From assembly GCA_030550115.1 (NCBI GenBank), contig JAUQPY010000015.1:1-41647 (forward strand): DNA of 41,647 nucleotides. Direction: 5' to 3'. The notes under the pieces were generated by a model that worked only from the letters and a program-made list of their open reading frames with translations, was not told the origin of the DNA and did not search any database. Shown here one piece after another: positions 16,947-25,709 of this stretch (positions within the stretch are counted from its first letter, which is position 1; each line of letters begins with the position of its first letter). This DNA is from Candidatus Micrarchaeota archaeon. Its GTDB lineage: Archaea; Micrarchaeota; Micrarchaeia; Anstonellales; J096. Position numbers and translations under genes: made by a program.

Positions 16947-17444
16947 TCTCCTAGCTTTTCCCTCACTCACCATCCATTCAGCCTCCTCAGGTTCAATCTC
17001 AATAACCTCACCAACTTTGTAAGGACCTCTCTTATTACCAGAGATATCAAAATACTCCTGAATATCCTGTGTAATTTCCACCTTAACAGTCCTTTTCACA
17101 TCTAAGAATTTGCTCCGATACTCAGATATTAATTCCTTCATGGACTGGTAGAATCGATATTCTTCTTCCGTAAGATATTCTTTGAACAGTTCTCTATCGT
17201 TTAATACCATCATACCTATCTTAGCCATCCTAATACGAATTAATTTGGAAAAAGATTCATAGATTATCTGATATTGCCTATCATATACCACATCCATATC
17301 TCTGTATTTACTCAGCTCTTGGAGAATGTTCTGAGCTTGCTTATAAATAGTCTCATCTATTTTCTCCAAGCCCCTACTATTTTCCCTATCTATTAACTCA
17401 TGGAGCTTTATGATTAGATTCTTTATAACATTCTGATCTATCAT
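16938..17444 (-). CDS. GINS-like replication factor subunit (Gins51-type) candidate
   Basis: Helical N-terminal domain, then a C-terminal segment VKVEITQDIQEYFDISGNKRGPYKVGEVIEIEPEEAEWMVSEGKA. This fits the archaeal GINS B-domain pattern (V.vl.d.p.f.g.dg..ygp...GdVv.lp...a..Li..g.A). Motif-level only. Confidence 0.45.
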   Translation of the reverse strand: MIDQNVIKNLIIKLHELIDRENSRGLEKIDETIYKQAQNILQELSKYRDMDVVYDRQYQIIYESFSKLIRIRMAKIGMMVLNDRELFKEYLTEEEYRFYQSMKELISEYRSKFLDVKRTVKVEITQDIQEYFDISGNKRGPYKVGEVIEIEPEEAEWMVSEGKARRLD

Positions 17445-18709
17445 TTGCTTCGAGATGTATCTATTAATCTTTTCAATTCTTCCTGTAACAATCTCTTTTT
17501 ATTTTCCAACTCTTTCTGTTCCTCATCTATTTCCTTAACTCTCTGCTCTACATCTAATATATAATTCTCCAATTCACTTATATATTTATCCAAAATCTCT
17601 CTCTGAGCTTTAGATTTTATATTCTGGGCATTATTCTGCATTTCTAAGATATTTGCCTTTATAGTCTCTATCCTATTCAAGACCTCTTCCCTCTGTTGTT
17701 CCATACTAGCTATTTTCTGCTCATATTCAACACTCATCTTATGATATCCACTATATTTGTGATTGAGTTCATCCAGTTTAGAATTCAATTCATCTAACTT
17801 AGATTCAAGTTTAGAATATCTAGTATCCAATTTTGCCAGAGATGCTTCTAATGCTTCTATCTGAGCTTTCAAGCTTTCAGTTCTTGCTTCAAGATCTTTT
17901 TTCTGTTCAACTAATTTAGTTTTTTGTTCCTTCAGATCTTCAATATCCTCAAGTACAGATTCTATTTCTCTTAGATCAGATATATAAGCTTTCTTTATCT
18001 CCTTGTATAATGACTTTAGTTCTTCCAATCTAGTATTAAAATTACCAATATCGTTCTTATAGTTCTCAACCAAGCTTTTCATATTCTCCAAACTGCTAAT
18101 TACACTATCTAATTCCTGATCTATCCTGGGTACTGTGGTAGAGACATTATCAGATAGCCCAAGAAGATTTTCTTCTAAATCAATTATGAAATCACTTAGA
18201 TTGTTTATCACCTGATCACTCTCATTCTTTAGGAATTCTAATCTCTCTCTAATGATTTCTACCCTCTGCCTATCTAGATTCATAATTTCTCTCTTAAGCT
18301 GAATAATTCTCTTCAGCACATCAGAACTCTGCTCTCTTCTCACTTCTGCTTTGACCTCACTCTTTCTAGTCTCCTGTTTTGGCATTTCTTGAGGTTTATC
18401 CTGTTTACTCTCTTCCCCTTTCTGTTCAGTATCCTCCTCTTTTCGTCTCTTTCTCTTTTTCTCAGGTTCTTCTTGAGTAACCTGTTCTGGCATCTTTACA
18501 AATTTTATAAACGTACCTGATAATTTACTCTGAATCTTCACATACCCATTACTCTCCAGTATTAAAATCCACTCCTTAACCTTATCAACATTCTCATTCA
18601 AAAGATTTGCTAATTCCACTAACTCTAATGTTCCTCTATCTTTTAGTAAACTCAATAATTGATCAATTTTTGTATTTACATCAGTCATTTTACCTTTACA
18701 ACCTTCCAA
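17441..18709 (-). CDS. winged-helix plus long coiled-coil protein, function unknown
   Basis: N-terminal wHTH-like segment (LSLLKDRGTLELVELANLLNENVDKVKEWILILESNGYVKI), a K/E-rich linker, and about 280 aa of heptad-rich coiled coil including a tandem SKLDELN duplication. ATGA overlap with the GINS-like gene, and its 5' end overlaps the uL16 gene. Confidence 0.6.
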   Translation of the reverse strand: MEGCKGKMTDVNTKIDQLLSLLKDRGTLELVELANLLNENVDKVKEWILILESNGYVKIQSKLSGTFIKFVKMPEQVTQEEPEKKRKRRKEEDTEQKGEESKQDKPQEMPKQETRKSEVKAEVRREQSSDVLKRIIQLKREIMNLDRQRVEIIRERLEFLKNESDQVINNLSDFIIDLEENLLGLSDNVSTTVPRIDQELDSVISSLENMKSLVENYKNDIGNFNTRLEELKSLYKEIKKAYISDLREIESVLEDIEDLKEQKTKLVEQKKDLEARTESLKAQIEALEASLAKLDTRYSKLESKLDELNSKLDELNHKYSGYHKMSVEYEQKIASMEQQREEVLNRIETIKANILEMQNNAQNIKSKAQREILDKYISELENYILDVEQRVKEIDEEQKELENKKRLLQEELKRLIDTSRSK

Positions 18710-19209
18710 GAACCGGATAATTTTCTGGAGGCTTTTCTCAGAGCTTCATGAGCTAGCTTCATATCATCAGAAGCCAGATACAATGAAAAGATTGCTTCCC
18801 CTCTCTTTACAGATGCCCCCCTATCTACAGGCTTACCAAAAGATCTACGCATTCCCTTCTGAATTCTATCAGCTCCTGCACCTGCTAACATCCTATTTTC
18901 TCTGAGTATAACATGCGGATATTTTCTTACAATCAGTAAAAATTTCCCAGGTATTTTAGGTTCTAAATATTTGACAATAGTTTGTCTTGCAGCTTCTATT
19001 GCATTATCTCTGTGTAAATACGTCTGTTCAGCAACCAGATCGTACTGAACACTATAATTTTCCGCATTTCCTGTACCATTCAATATCTGTCTTAGATCCA
19101 TGTGGGGAAGAGCTTTAACATAACTCTTAGACATATTCTTCCTACTCCATCTGGTCCAAGCTTGTTTGTAAACTCTATTTCTAACTGTTCTAGCTGGTCT
19201 CAATCCCAT
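18685..19209 (-). CDS. rpl10e: 50S ribosomal protein uL16 (L10e)
   Basis: MGLRPARTVRN...YPHVILRENRMLAGAGADRIQKGMRRSFGKP matches the L10e family signature. Confidence 0.9.
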   Translation of the reverse strand: MGLRPARTVRNRVYKQAWTRWSRKNMSKSYVKALPHMDLRQILNGTGNAENYSVQYDLVAEQTYLHRDNAIEAARQTIVKYLEPKIPGKFLLIVRKYPHVILRENRMLAGAGADRIQKGMRRSFGKPVDRGASVKRGEAIFSLYLASDDMKLAHEALRKASRKLSGSWKVVKVK

Positions 19210-19215
19210 GATGTT

Positions 19216-19671
19216 CTATTCTTTAGAAGATTTTAAAAGTTTAATGTTTTTAGCAGGAATATCTATAGGGACTATTGTTGGGAGATCTATAGGGATTACA
19301 GTGTATAGATTTTTATCAGAACTGATTGCTGTAACCTTGGCCTTTTCTCCTGCAAAAGGCCCTCTGATTATTTCAACAATATCACCAACATTTATGACTT
19401 CTTTCTCCTCATTTAGCAGTTTATTCAAAATTTTATCCAGTTCTTGCTCAGAGATGGTCAACAGTTCTGATCTAGGTTTTACTCCCTTAACTCCAGCTAT
19501 GGCCTTTTTAATAACATCATCGTTCTTAGCCTCTATTACAAGATATCCCCGAATCTTCGGATCTAAATATATGGAGTACACTCCTTCAATTCTCTCATCT
19601 CTAATACGCTTTTCAATAAGTTTTGCAATTATATGTGCATCCCTAACAACAACAGGGATTAGGTATATCAT
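19216..19671 (-). CDS. spt5: transcription elongation factor Spt5 (archaeal NusG)
   Basis: NGN domain (GYLVIEA) plus KOW motif (VGDIVEIIRGPFAGEKAKV). Conserved position after secE. Confidence 0.9.
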   Translation of the reverse strand: MIYLIPVVVRDAHIIAKLIEKRIRDERIEGVYSIYLDPKIRGYLVIEAKNDDVIKKAIAGVKGVKPRSELLTISEQELDKILNKLLNEEKEVINVGDIVEIIRGPFAGEKAKVTAISSDKNLYTVIPIDLPTIVPIDIPAKNIKLLKSSKE

Positions 19672-19877
19672 ACCAATCTCACCACAAGATCTAATATTAT
19701 AGATAGTATTGTTATAACTATACCAAAACTCCCAACTATAAAGGTTATGAAAATTATTTGATTGAATAGGGATGTAACTTGCTGTTGCTCAGGTTTCCTA
19801 ACTTTCCTGTATATTGATATCATACTATCTACTTCACGATGGATAGTATTCTGAATATCTCTAAAGCTAAAATTCAT
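19668..19877 (-). CDS. secE: preprotein translocase subunit SecE (Sec61 gamma)
   Basis: 69 aa with a single C-terminal TM after VRKPEQQQV. It sits in the conserved ftsZ-secE-spt5 arrangement, with ATGA overlaps on both sides. Confidence 0.6.
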   Translation of the reverse strand: MNFSFRDIQNTIHREVDSMISIYRKVRKPEQQQVTSLFNQIIFITFIVGSFGIVITILSIILDLVVRLV

Positions 19878-20965
19878 ATCTTTTCTATACCCAACACGTC
19901 TTTTATGTTCTGATTCTGTTCGTCATAGAAATCATTTGGTAAAGTGACCCCTGCTAATACTACTAACACTCTTATAGATGACTTCTTCATCTCAGGCTCT
20001 ACTCTAGCTCCATATATTATATGTGCATTTGGACTTATTCTCTTCTTAGTCTCATCAACTATGTAATTAACTTCTTGTAGCATAAGATCCTCTCCTCCTA
20101 TTATGTTTATCAGAGCTCTATCTGCTGTAGATATATCTATATCCAACAGAGGATTGGATAGAGCAGTTTCTATTGCAAGCTTTGCTCTCTCCTCTTTGCT
20201 ACCTTCTAATGCAGACTCACCTATAGCTATAGCAGCATAACCACCATTCTTAAGAACAGTAGTTAGATCTGCGAAATCGACGTTTATCAATCCTGCTTTT
20301 ACGGACATCTCCGCTATGGTTTTAACAGATCTAGCTAACACTTCATCAGCTATCTTGAATGCTTTATCCAGGGGTAAATCTTTTGCAATATCTAATAATC
20401 TATCATTCTTTATTATGATCAAGGTATCTACATTCTGCTTCAATTTTTTTATACCAGAAATAGCATTATCCATTCTAACTTTCCCCTCAGATTGGAATGG
20501 TAATGTTACTACTCCGACAGTCAGAGCACCCACATCCTGTTTTGCTATTTTAGCTATTACAGGTAGAGCCCCTGTACCAGTACCACCACCCATACCACAT
20601 GTGAGAAATACAAGATCAGCTCCATTAAGAACTTCTTTGACCTTTGCAGCAGTTTCCTGTGCAGCTTTCTCCCCACACTCAGGATTGCTACCACATCCTC
20701 TCCCTTTAGTTAGCTGCTGACCTATAAGGATTTTCCTGTGAGCTTTGATCTTTATTAGATGCTTTGCATCTGTATTTGCGGCCACCAGAGTTACATTAGA
20801 TGCCGGTCTGAATTCAAATAATCTATTTATTGTGTTCGAACCCCCTCCTCCTGCACCTACCACAAAAATTCTCTCCTGTTCTTGCTCTATGAGCTTCAGA
20901 ATCTCCTCATCATCCTTTGATATTACTTCCTGATCAAGTATTAATTCCTCTTTTTCATCAGCCAT
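19874..20965 (-). CDS. ftsZ: cell division GTPase FtsZ
   Basis: GAGGGGSNTINRL and the tubulin signature GMGGGTGTGALPVIAKIAK. The ATG at 20965 is preceded by GGTGA (20971..20975) with a 5-nt spacer. The ORF-track start at 20974 is a GTG. Confidence 0.95.
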   Translation of the reverse strand: MADEKEELILDQEVISKDDEEILKLIEQEQERIFVVGAGGGGSNTINRLFEFRPASNVTLVAANTDAKHLIKIKAHRKILIGQQLTKGRGCGSNPECGEKAAQETAAKVKEVLNGADLVFLTCGMGGGTGTGALPVIAKIAKQDVGALTVGVVTLPFQSEGKVRMDNAISGIKKLKQNVDTLIIIKNDRLLDIAKDLPLDKAFKIADEVLARSVKTIAEMSVKAGLINVDFADLTTVLKNGGYAAIAIGESALEGSKEERAKLAIETALSNPLLDIDISTADRALINIIGGEDLMLQEVNYIVDETKKRISPNAHIIYGARVEPEMKKSSIRVLVVLAGVTLPNDFYDEQNQNIKDVLGIEKI

Positions 20966-21000
20966 TCTATTCACCTTCTAATAGTTATTGATGGGTTATA

Positions 21001-21008
21001 TTTTAAAA
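21001..21008 (-). promoter_or_regulatory. TATA-box-like element for the ftsZ-secE-spt5-rpl10e string
   Basis: The palindromic ttttaaaa lies upstream of the SD-led ftsZ start. Confidence 0.4.
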
Positions 21009-21046
21009 GTTAATGTATCATGATTTCTATGATAGAACAGTAAAAA

Positions 21047-21054
21047 TTTTAAAA
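21047..21054 (+). promoter_or_regulatory. TATA-box-like element for the SLT-like gene pair
   Basis: ttttaaaa lies 29 nt upstream of the ATG at 21076. Confidence 0.45.
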
Positions 21055-21075
21055 CACTTTTAGTGATATATAATT

Positions 21076-22743
21076 ATGATTGAATCCATACCATTTCTCG
21101 AACAGAATTCTGTGCTAGACAAGTTAAAACTACTTAATCCAACTGTAGAGAGAAAAGTTAGAGAAGAAATAAAAAAGGTCTTGGACGGTCAGGTAGATAG
21201 AGTTAGATTGAATTTAGGTTCCGATAGTATTAGAAGATTGAACGAATGGATTCAGCAGAATGATCTTCCACTGGAGGTTATAAGAACAGGATTTAAATAT
21301 CCGAATGGTACTGAAGATATTATAGTAAGACGAACAGGTAAGGGAAAAATTCCGACTGAATCCAAAGAGAGTACTATAGAATCAATTAATTCTCTAGTTG
21401 GATCGCTGAGCACTACACAGAATGTCAGAGAAACTGTAAGATCTGCTCTATTAAAGCTAGTTCTTGGTAGAGATGACAGTGTAACTCTCAATTTAAATGA
21501 GAGTAATGCAAGTAAGATCCAAGAATGGGCAAAGAAGAATGGTTATAATACTGCTATTGTTAGGAGATATTCAAATGGAACTGTTGATCTACTGATATCC
21601 ACAGGAGAGATTCAAACCTCTAAACATGCAGCGTCAAAGAATAAAATTCCAAAATCATCATTTGAACTACCAAGAGTTTTGAGTTCGAACTGGGATAATA
21701 TATACGCTGGTGGTCTCAGATGGGCTTATACCTATTTATCTCTATACCATTCTGATAACGATTCCTTATTAAAATTCTACAATGGACTCAGTGAAAATGA
21801 TCAGATCAAGTTCTTAGCCTATCTTTTGGGGAGATTCTATTCAAATTATCCTAAACTTGCAAGCCAATCTCCAGAATTATGGAATGAAAATGTCAGAGAA
21901 CAATTTAGAAAGTACATCTCTAATCTAGATATGGACGTAATAATAGAGCAGTTCAACACCCATTTAACCAGAGCTAGAAGGCAGGCTAACATGGTTGTAG
22001 AGCAGATACAACAAAACTTTAGAGCCAGAGGTGCCAATCTGGAAGCTCTAATAGGAGAAAAAGGCATGAGAGAGCTACAGGAATCATTAGAATACATGTT
22101 CTTTGAATTTAAGTTCAAGGACGATGATGTAGAGAGACTTGCCCAAGGAATCTCCTATTCCAACTTTAGTTATGTTTATGATAAGTTAATTGAACTTAGG
22201 GGTAAAGGATATAGACATTCCCCTAAGAAAAATATCAGTGATCAGGAATTAGCTAGAATCGCTCTTTCTGTTATAATTACAGATAAATTCTTTGGAGTGG
22301 ATTATAGATTATTATTAGCTATTATAGGACAAGAGACCAATTTTGATGAATCTGCTTACGGAAGATCGGGTGTTGGACTAACCCAGCAGACCAGAATGGG
22401 TTGGATACAGTACAGTATAAAGCTTCCTACGTATTATGAAAACTATTTAAAGAGGGTAAAGGGAATCGATGTTGATTACAATGTACCTATGATACACAGA
22501 TTGTATTTAGCTGATTTTAATACTCCTAACATTGATGAGGGTCATACGTTATTACAAGTATTAGCAGGGGCGTTAACTATAATAGGAAAAGCTACTGAGC
22601 AAGGAATATCTAATGTAAGCAACATGAAAGGTAGATCTAAGGAATTGTATATATTAGGAGTTGCATATAATGGTCATCCTGATCTTGATCTTCGACATAA
22701 TTATGGGAGAGGAATAATAAGTAGTAAGTTCTGGGAGCTGTAA
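21076..22743 (+). CDS. lytic transglycosylase (SLT/lysozyme-like) domain protein with duplicated novel N-terminal module
   Basis: The C-terminal domain has the ordered SLT motifs IIGQETNF (catalytic Glu), GVGLTQQT (GLxQ) and AYNGHP (AYNxG). The N-terminus has two copies of a module of about 70 aa. No signal peptide or TM segment. Confidence 0.7.
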   Translation: MIESIPFLEQNSVLDKLKLLNPTVERKVREEIKKVLDGQVDRVRLNLGSDSIRRLNEWIQQNDLPLEVIRTGFKYPNGTEDIIVRRTGKGKIPTESKESTIESINSLVGSLSTTQNVRETVRSALLKLVLGRDDSVTLNLNESNASKIQEWAKKNGYNTAIVRRYSNGTVDLLISTGEIQTSKHAASKNKIPKSSFELPRVLSSNWDNIYAGGLRWAYTYLSLYHSDNDSLLKFYNGLSENDQIKFLAYLLGRFYSNYPKLASQSPELWNENVREQFRKYISNLDMDVIIEQFNTHLTRARRQANMVVEQIQQNFRARGANLEALIGEKGMRELQESLEYMFFEFKFKDDDVERLAQGISYSNFSYVYDKLIELRGKGYRHSPKKNISDQELARIALSVIITDKFFGVDYRLLLAIIGQETNFDESAYGRSGVGLTQQTRMGWIQYSIKLPTYYENYLKRVKGIDVDYNVPMIHRLYLADFNTPNIDEGHTLLQVLAGALTIIGKATEQGISNVSNMKGRSKELYILGVAYNGHPDLDLRHNYGRGIISSKFWEL

Positions 22744-23700
22744 ATGATAACACAGGTAGATCTGGAGACAGTAGTTGATAATCTTCAGAAGAATGGAGAG
22801 GTTGAATTACCTTCAAATATACATCCTCAGAACATAATTGAAGTTCTAAAACAGGAGTATGGAATAGAAGCGAGAGCTGAGATTGTTGAAAATAATGGGG
22901 AACAGAGAGTAAAGATAATCGTAGATAGTTTATCCTATAATAGAGCAGAAACTCAAGAATATCTTGAATATAGAGCAAATGAATGGGATAGAGCTCCCAA
23001 ATCTTTTTCTATATATGAAGTCAGAGATAACCTAGAGAGATTAGCAAGAGGAGAATTGAATAAATATACAATCACTGTTAGGGAATTTGAATCAAATGAA
23101 TTATTACACGTATTATTCGAGAATAAGGATAGATTTGATATAAGGATAAGAAAGGAATCTGAATCAGAATTAATAACTATAACAGTCCAGCCCAAAGATA
23201 ATCGACAGTTCCCACCTCAACAGCCCTCTGACCAGAAGCCAGAATATAAAAATATGGATAGATTACCAATTGTTGAAGCTCATAGAAACATATTCTACAC
23301 ATATGCAGGTAAGAAGATATATCCGAATCTTCTATTACCTCTCACATATGACTACTTAAATCTCTATCACTCTAAGAATCAGAATTTTTTGAGGTTCTTT
23401 AATACACTCGATGATGACACCAAAATGCTATTCTTAAGCTATATTGGAGGAATGTTTATTATGGAATATGCACGGCGTAATGGAAGAATATCCCCAAAAC
23501 TTCTAAGAGTGGAAGAACAGGAACATAGATTAGCACTGGCTCAATTCGTCCAGAGGCTTAACATAGATGCTCATATTAATAGTTTCAGTAACAGACTTAA
23601 AAGAGCTCAAAATGATGTTGATATGATTTTAGAAAAAATATATTCAGTCTCAGGAGATAGTTTAGAGAGAATGGTAGGGAAAATGGAATTCAACATCTAA
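22744..23700 (+). CDS. paralogue of the N-terminal and middle regions of 21076..22743 (no catalytic domain in this reading frame)
   Basis: Same duplicated N-terminal module and the same helical middle region (YDYLNLYHSKNQNFLRFFNTL versus YTYLSLYHSDNDSLLKFYNGL). It starts directly after the stop of the upstream gene and ends where the paralogue continues into its SLT domain. Confidence 0.6.
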   Translation: MITQVDLETVVDNLQKNGEVELPSNIHPQNIIEVLKQEYGIEARAEIVENNGEQRVKIIVDSLSYNRAETQEYLEYRANEWDRAPKSFSIYEVRDNLERLARGELNKYTITVREFESNELLHVLFENKDRFDIRIRKESESELITITVQPKDNRQFPPQQPSDQKPEYKNMDRLPIVEAHRNIFYTYAGKKIYPNLLLPLTYDYLNLYHSKNQNFLRFFNTLDDDTKMLFLSYIGGMFIMEYARRNGRISPKLLRVEEQEHRLALAQFVQRLNIDAHINSFSNRLKRAQNDVDMILEKIYSVSGDSLERMVGKMEFNI

Positions 23701-23717
23701 GATTTGGACTAATTACT

Positions 23718-24359
23718 ATGTTTATGGAATTTCAGTTCAATCAATCTCACCTTATGGATTCTATTAAACATTTTAAGTGGGGTAATGTGCTAGATACTAT
23801 AGATCTTATGAAATTTCTGGCTAATCAAGGTCATAGGCATGCTCCATCTAGGGAATTAGATCAGAAGCAGATAGCATTACATGCAATATCTGCACATTTA
23901 GTTGGTAACATTATGAGAGTAAATCCTGGATTGTTACTAGCTACTATAGCCCAGGAATCCAATTTCAGAGTTCATGTTCACAGTCTATATGGTAGGGGAG
24001 CTAGTCAGCAAACAGATCAGGGAGGGATACATACCCACTTTAATCCATCATTATATAATACACATTTTAAGAAGTATGGTGTTGATGCCACTTTTCTGAC
24101 AATCATAATAAACAGTTCTATGTATGCCGATTACATCAGAAATATACCTAGTAATTTCGAGGGAAATATATTACTGCAATACTATTTTGCATCTATAACA
24201 TATATTGGTAAAGCACGTAGATTCAACGTTGATCTTTGGAATGTTTCAGATACATATACTATAAGGAAATTAGCTGAAGATTATAATGGGGGTCCTGAAA
24301 AAGTGAAATATGGCCTAGATGTCGCTAATAGCCCGTACATTAGATTTTCTAAGAAATAG
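23718..24359 (+). CDS. SLT/lysozyme-like domain protein (C-terminal part of the split paralogue)
   Basis: TIAQESNF (Glu-Ser), a degenerate GASQQT and DYNGGP occur in the same order as in 21076..22743. It lies in a different frame from 22744..23700, 17 nt downstream. It could be a separate polypeptide or a pseudogene fragment. Confidence 0.55.
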   Translation: MFMEFQFNQSHLMDSIKHFKWGNVLDTIDLMKFLANQGHRHAPSRELDQKQIALHAISAHLVGNIMRVNPGLLLATIAQESNFRVHVHSLYGRGASQQTDQGGIHTHFNPSLYNTHFKKYGVDATFLTIIINSSMYADYIRNIPSNFEGNILLQYYFASITYIGKARRFNVDLWNVSDTYTIRKLAEDYNGGPEKVKYGLDVANSPYIRFSKK

Positions 24360-25638
24360 TAACTGATAATACATTAATAGTAGGGAATAATTTGTACTTT
24401 ATTATCAGGTAGTATATAATTGTAGTGATAATTAATATAATAGTCATATTCCATAATCCGAGATATTCGACCATTATATAACCAAACTTCATTGATAGAA
24501 TCGTACCTAACCTGAGGACGAACATGTAATCAGTTGAGTTCTTATCTCTCACAGCATCGTCCTGAACATCTAAAAGCAACTTCCTTATGAACACTGGACC
24601 TATCATATTTAAACCGAAGGATAGTAGAATGATAGATATTATATACAAACCTGCCAGCCCTATGAATCCACCCAATAACATTATAAATACACCAGTACCG
24701 ACCAATCTATGATAATCTTTATCATCCAACCATTTGCTTGCTAACTTTATAGCTATAGCAGATATAAGAGTATTTATAGATATAAGTAATAATATGTGAT
24801 CGGAATCAATATTCAATTGGGTTAGTAGAATCCATCCAAACAGATTTATTGGAATGTACAATATTAATACATTTATGAATAAGAGTGTGAATAGAATTGC
24901 TTTTCTATTAGATTTCAATATTATAAGATTCTCCCATCTGAATCTATCTAGATATATTATTACATATATCACTGCTGCTAATAATATAAATATGGGTTGA
25001 AGATTCAGTACTCCATAGATTAGACTTAACAGGGTGATTACAAACAGAAAGAGATTTCTCAATTCCAACTTGCTGATCCGATATGCTTTTAGAGCCTCTT
25101 CATCAAATTTATTCATAACTATTAAAATTACCCCTAATATTGATATAATGTTGATTGCTGTAATAACAATAAATAAATCAATTGAGATATATATAATTGC
25201 TATTGGTATAAATACTGCTATCAGTATCCATATTATATCAATATTCCCTAAATTCTTCCCAAGATTTTTACCATCTATCTTTGCCATTACGGAATTCAAT
25301 AGGGGGAACAGAACCGAAAATGTAATTCCTTCCAGAACACCTCCAATCAATAATATATTAGGATCATTAGTATATATTCCATAGAAAAGTATAGCTATTG
25401 CCACTAAGAAATTGATCAAACTTAGAACAATTATCCTTTTCTTTCCAATTATATTTTTCAGATAAAATAGAATTGGTGTAAACACTAAAGCAGATGCTAA
25501 AAATAGCAGGTTAAACTCAATTATCAGATTTGGTAATCCTAATTCTTTTGATATATACAGAACATAATTATTGACCAGAGTGGAATAGAATGCGATAAAG
25601 AGATGGATTCCGAAAATAGCTATAAGAACAAGTTTCAT
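24349..25638 (-). CDS. multi-pass membrane protein, probably an MFS-type transporter
   Basis: 429 aa with about 12 hydrophobic segments in a 6+6 arrangement around a short charged loop (FDEEALKAYRISK). I cannot verify a sharp family motif. Confidence 0.5.
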   Translation of the reverse strand: MKLVLIAIFGIHLFIAFYSTLVNNYVLYISKELGLPNLIIEFNLLFLASALVFTPILFYLKNIIGKKRIIVLSLINFLVAIAILFYGIYTNDPNILLIGGVLEGITFSVLFPLLNSVMAKIDGKNLGKNLGNIDIIWILIAVFIPIAIIYISIDLFIVITAINIISILGVILIVMNKFDEEALKAYRISKLELRNLFLFVITLLSLIYGVLNLQPIFILLAAVIYVIIYLDRFRWENLIILKSNRKAILFTLLFINVLILYIPINLFGWILLTQLNIDSDHILLLISINTLISAIAIKLASKWLDDKDYHRLVGTGVFIMLLGGFIGLAGLYIISIILLSFGLNMIGPVFIRKLLLDVQDDAVRDKNSTDYMFVLRLGTILSMKFGYIMVEYLGLWNMTIILIITTIIYYLIIKYKLFPTINVLSVTIS

Positions 25639-25674
25639 AACAGGTCGCTTGTTTGTACTTATATTTGATGATAA

Positions 25675-25682
25675 TTTTAAAA
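25675..25682 (+). promoter_or_regulatory. TATA-box-like element for tRNA-Thr
   Basis: ttttaaaa lies 35 nt upstream of the tRNA 5' end. Confidence 0.45.
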
Positions 25683-25709
25683 TATTATATGATTAATCTT
25701 TATAGCGAT

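Noticed and set aside
19208-19702. 164-aa plus-strand ORF.
   Set aside because: It is antisense to spt5, which has clear NGN/KOW motifs. Its composition is hydrophobic and Ser/Ile-rich, typical of the reverse frame of an AT-rich gene. The same reasoning rejects 5132..5494, 5912..6163, 6938..7360 (three ORFs), 9295..9510, 9792..10001 and 11033..11511. It also rejects 15617..15856, 20316..20933, 21252..21491, 21846..22118, 22637..23195, 25034..25384, 26240..26512, 28050..28382 and 29664..30008. The remaining cases are 32719..33602, 33676..34156, 34607..34864, 36647..37343, 37456..37662, 38871..39233 and 39391..39654.
21016-21034. Inverted repeat TATCAT-N7-ATGATA between the divergent ftsZ and SLT promoters.
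   Set aside because: It has only 6-bp A/T-rich arms, which are easily expected by chance in an intergenic region of this composition. I kept it only as a note.
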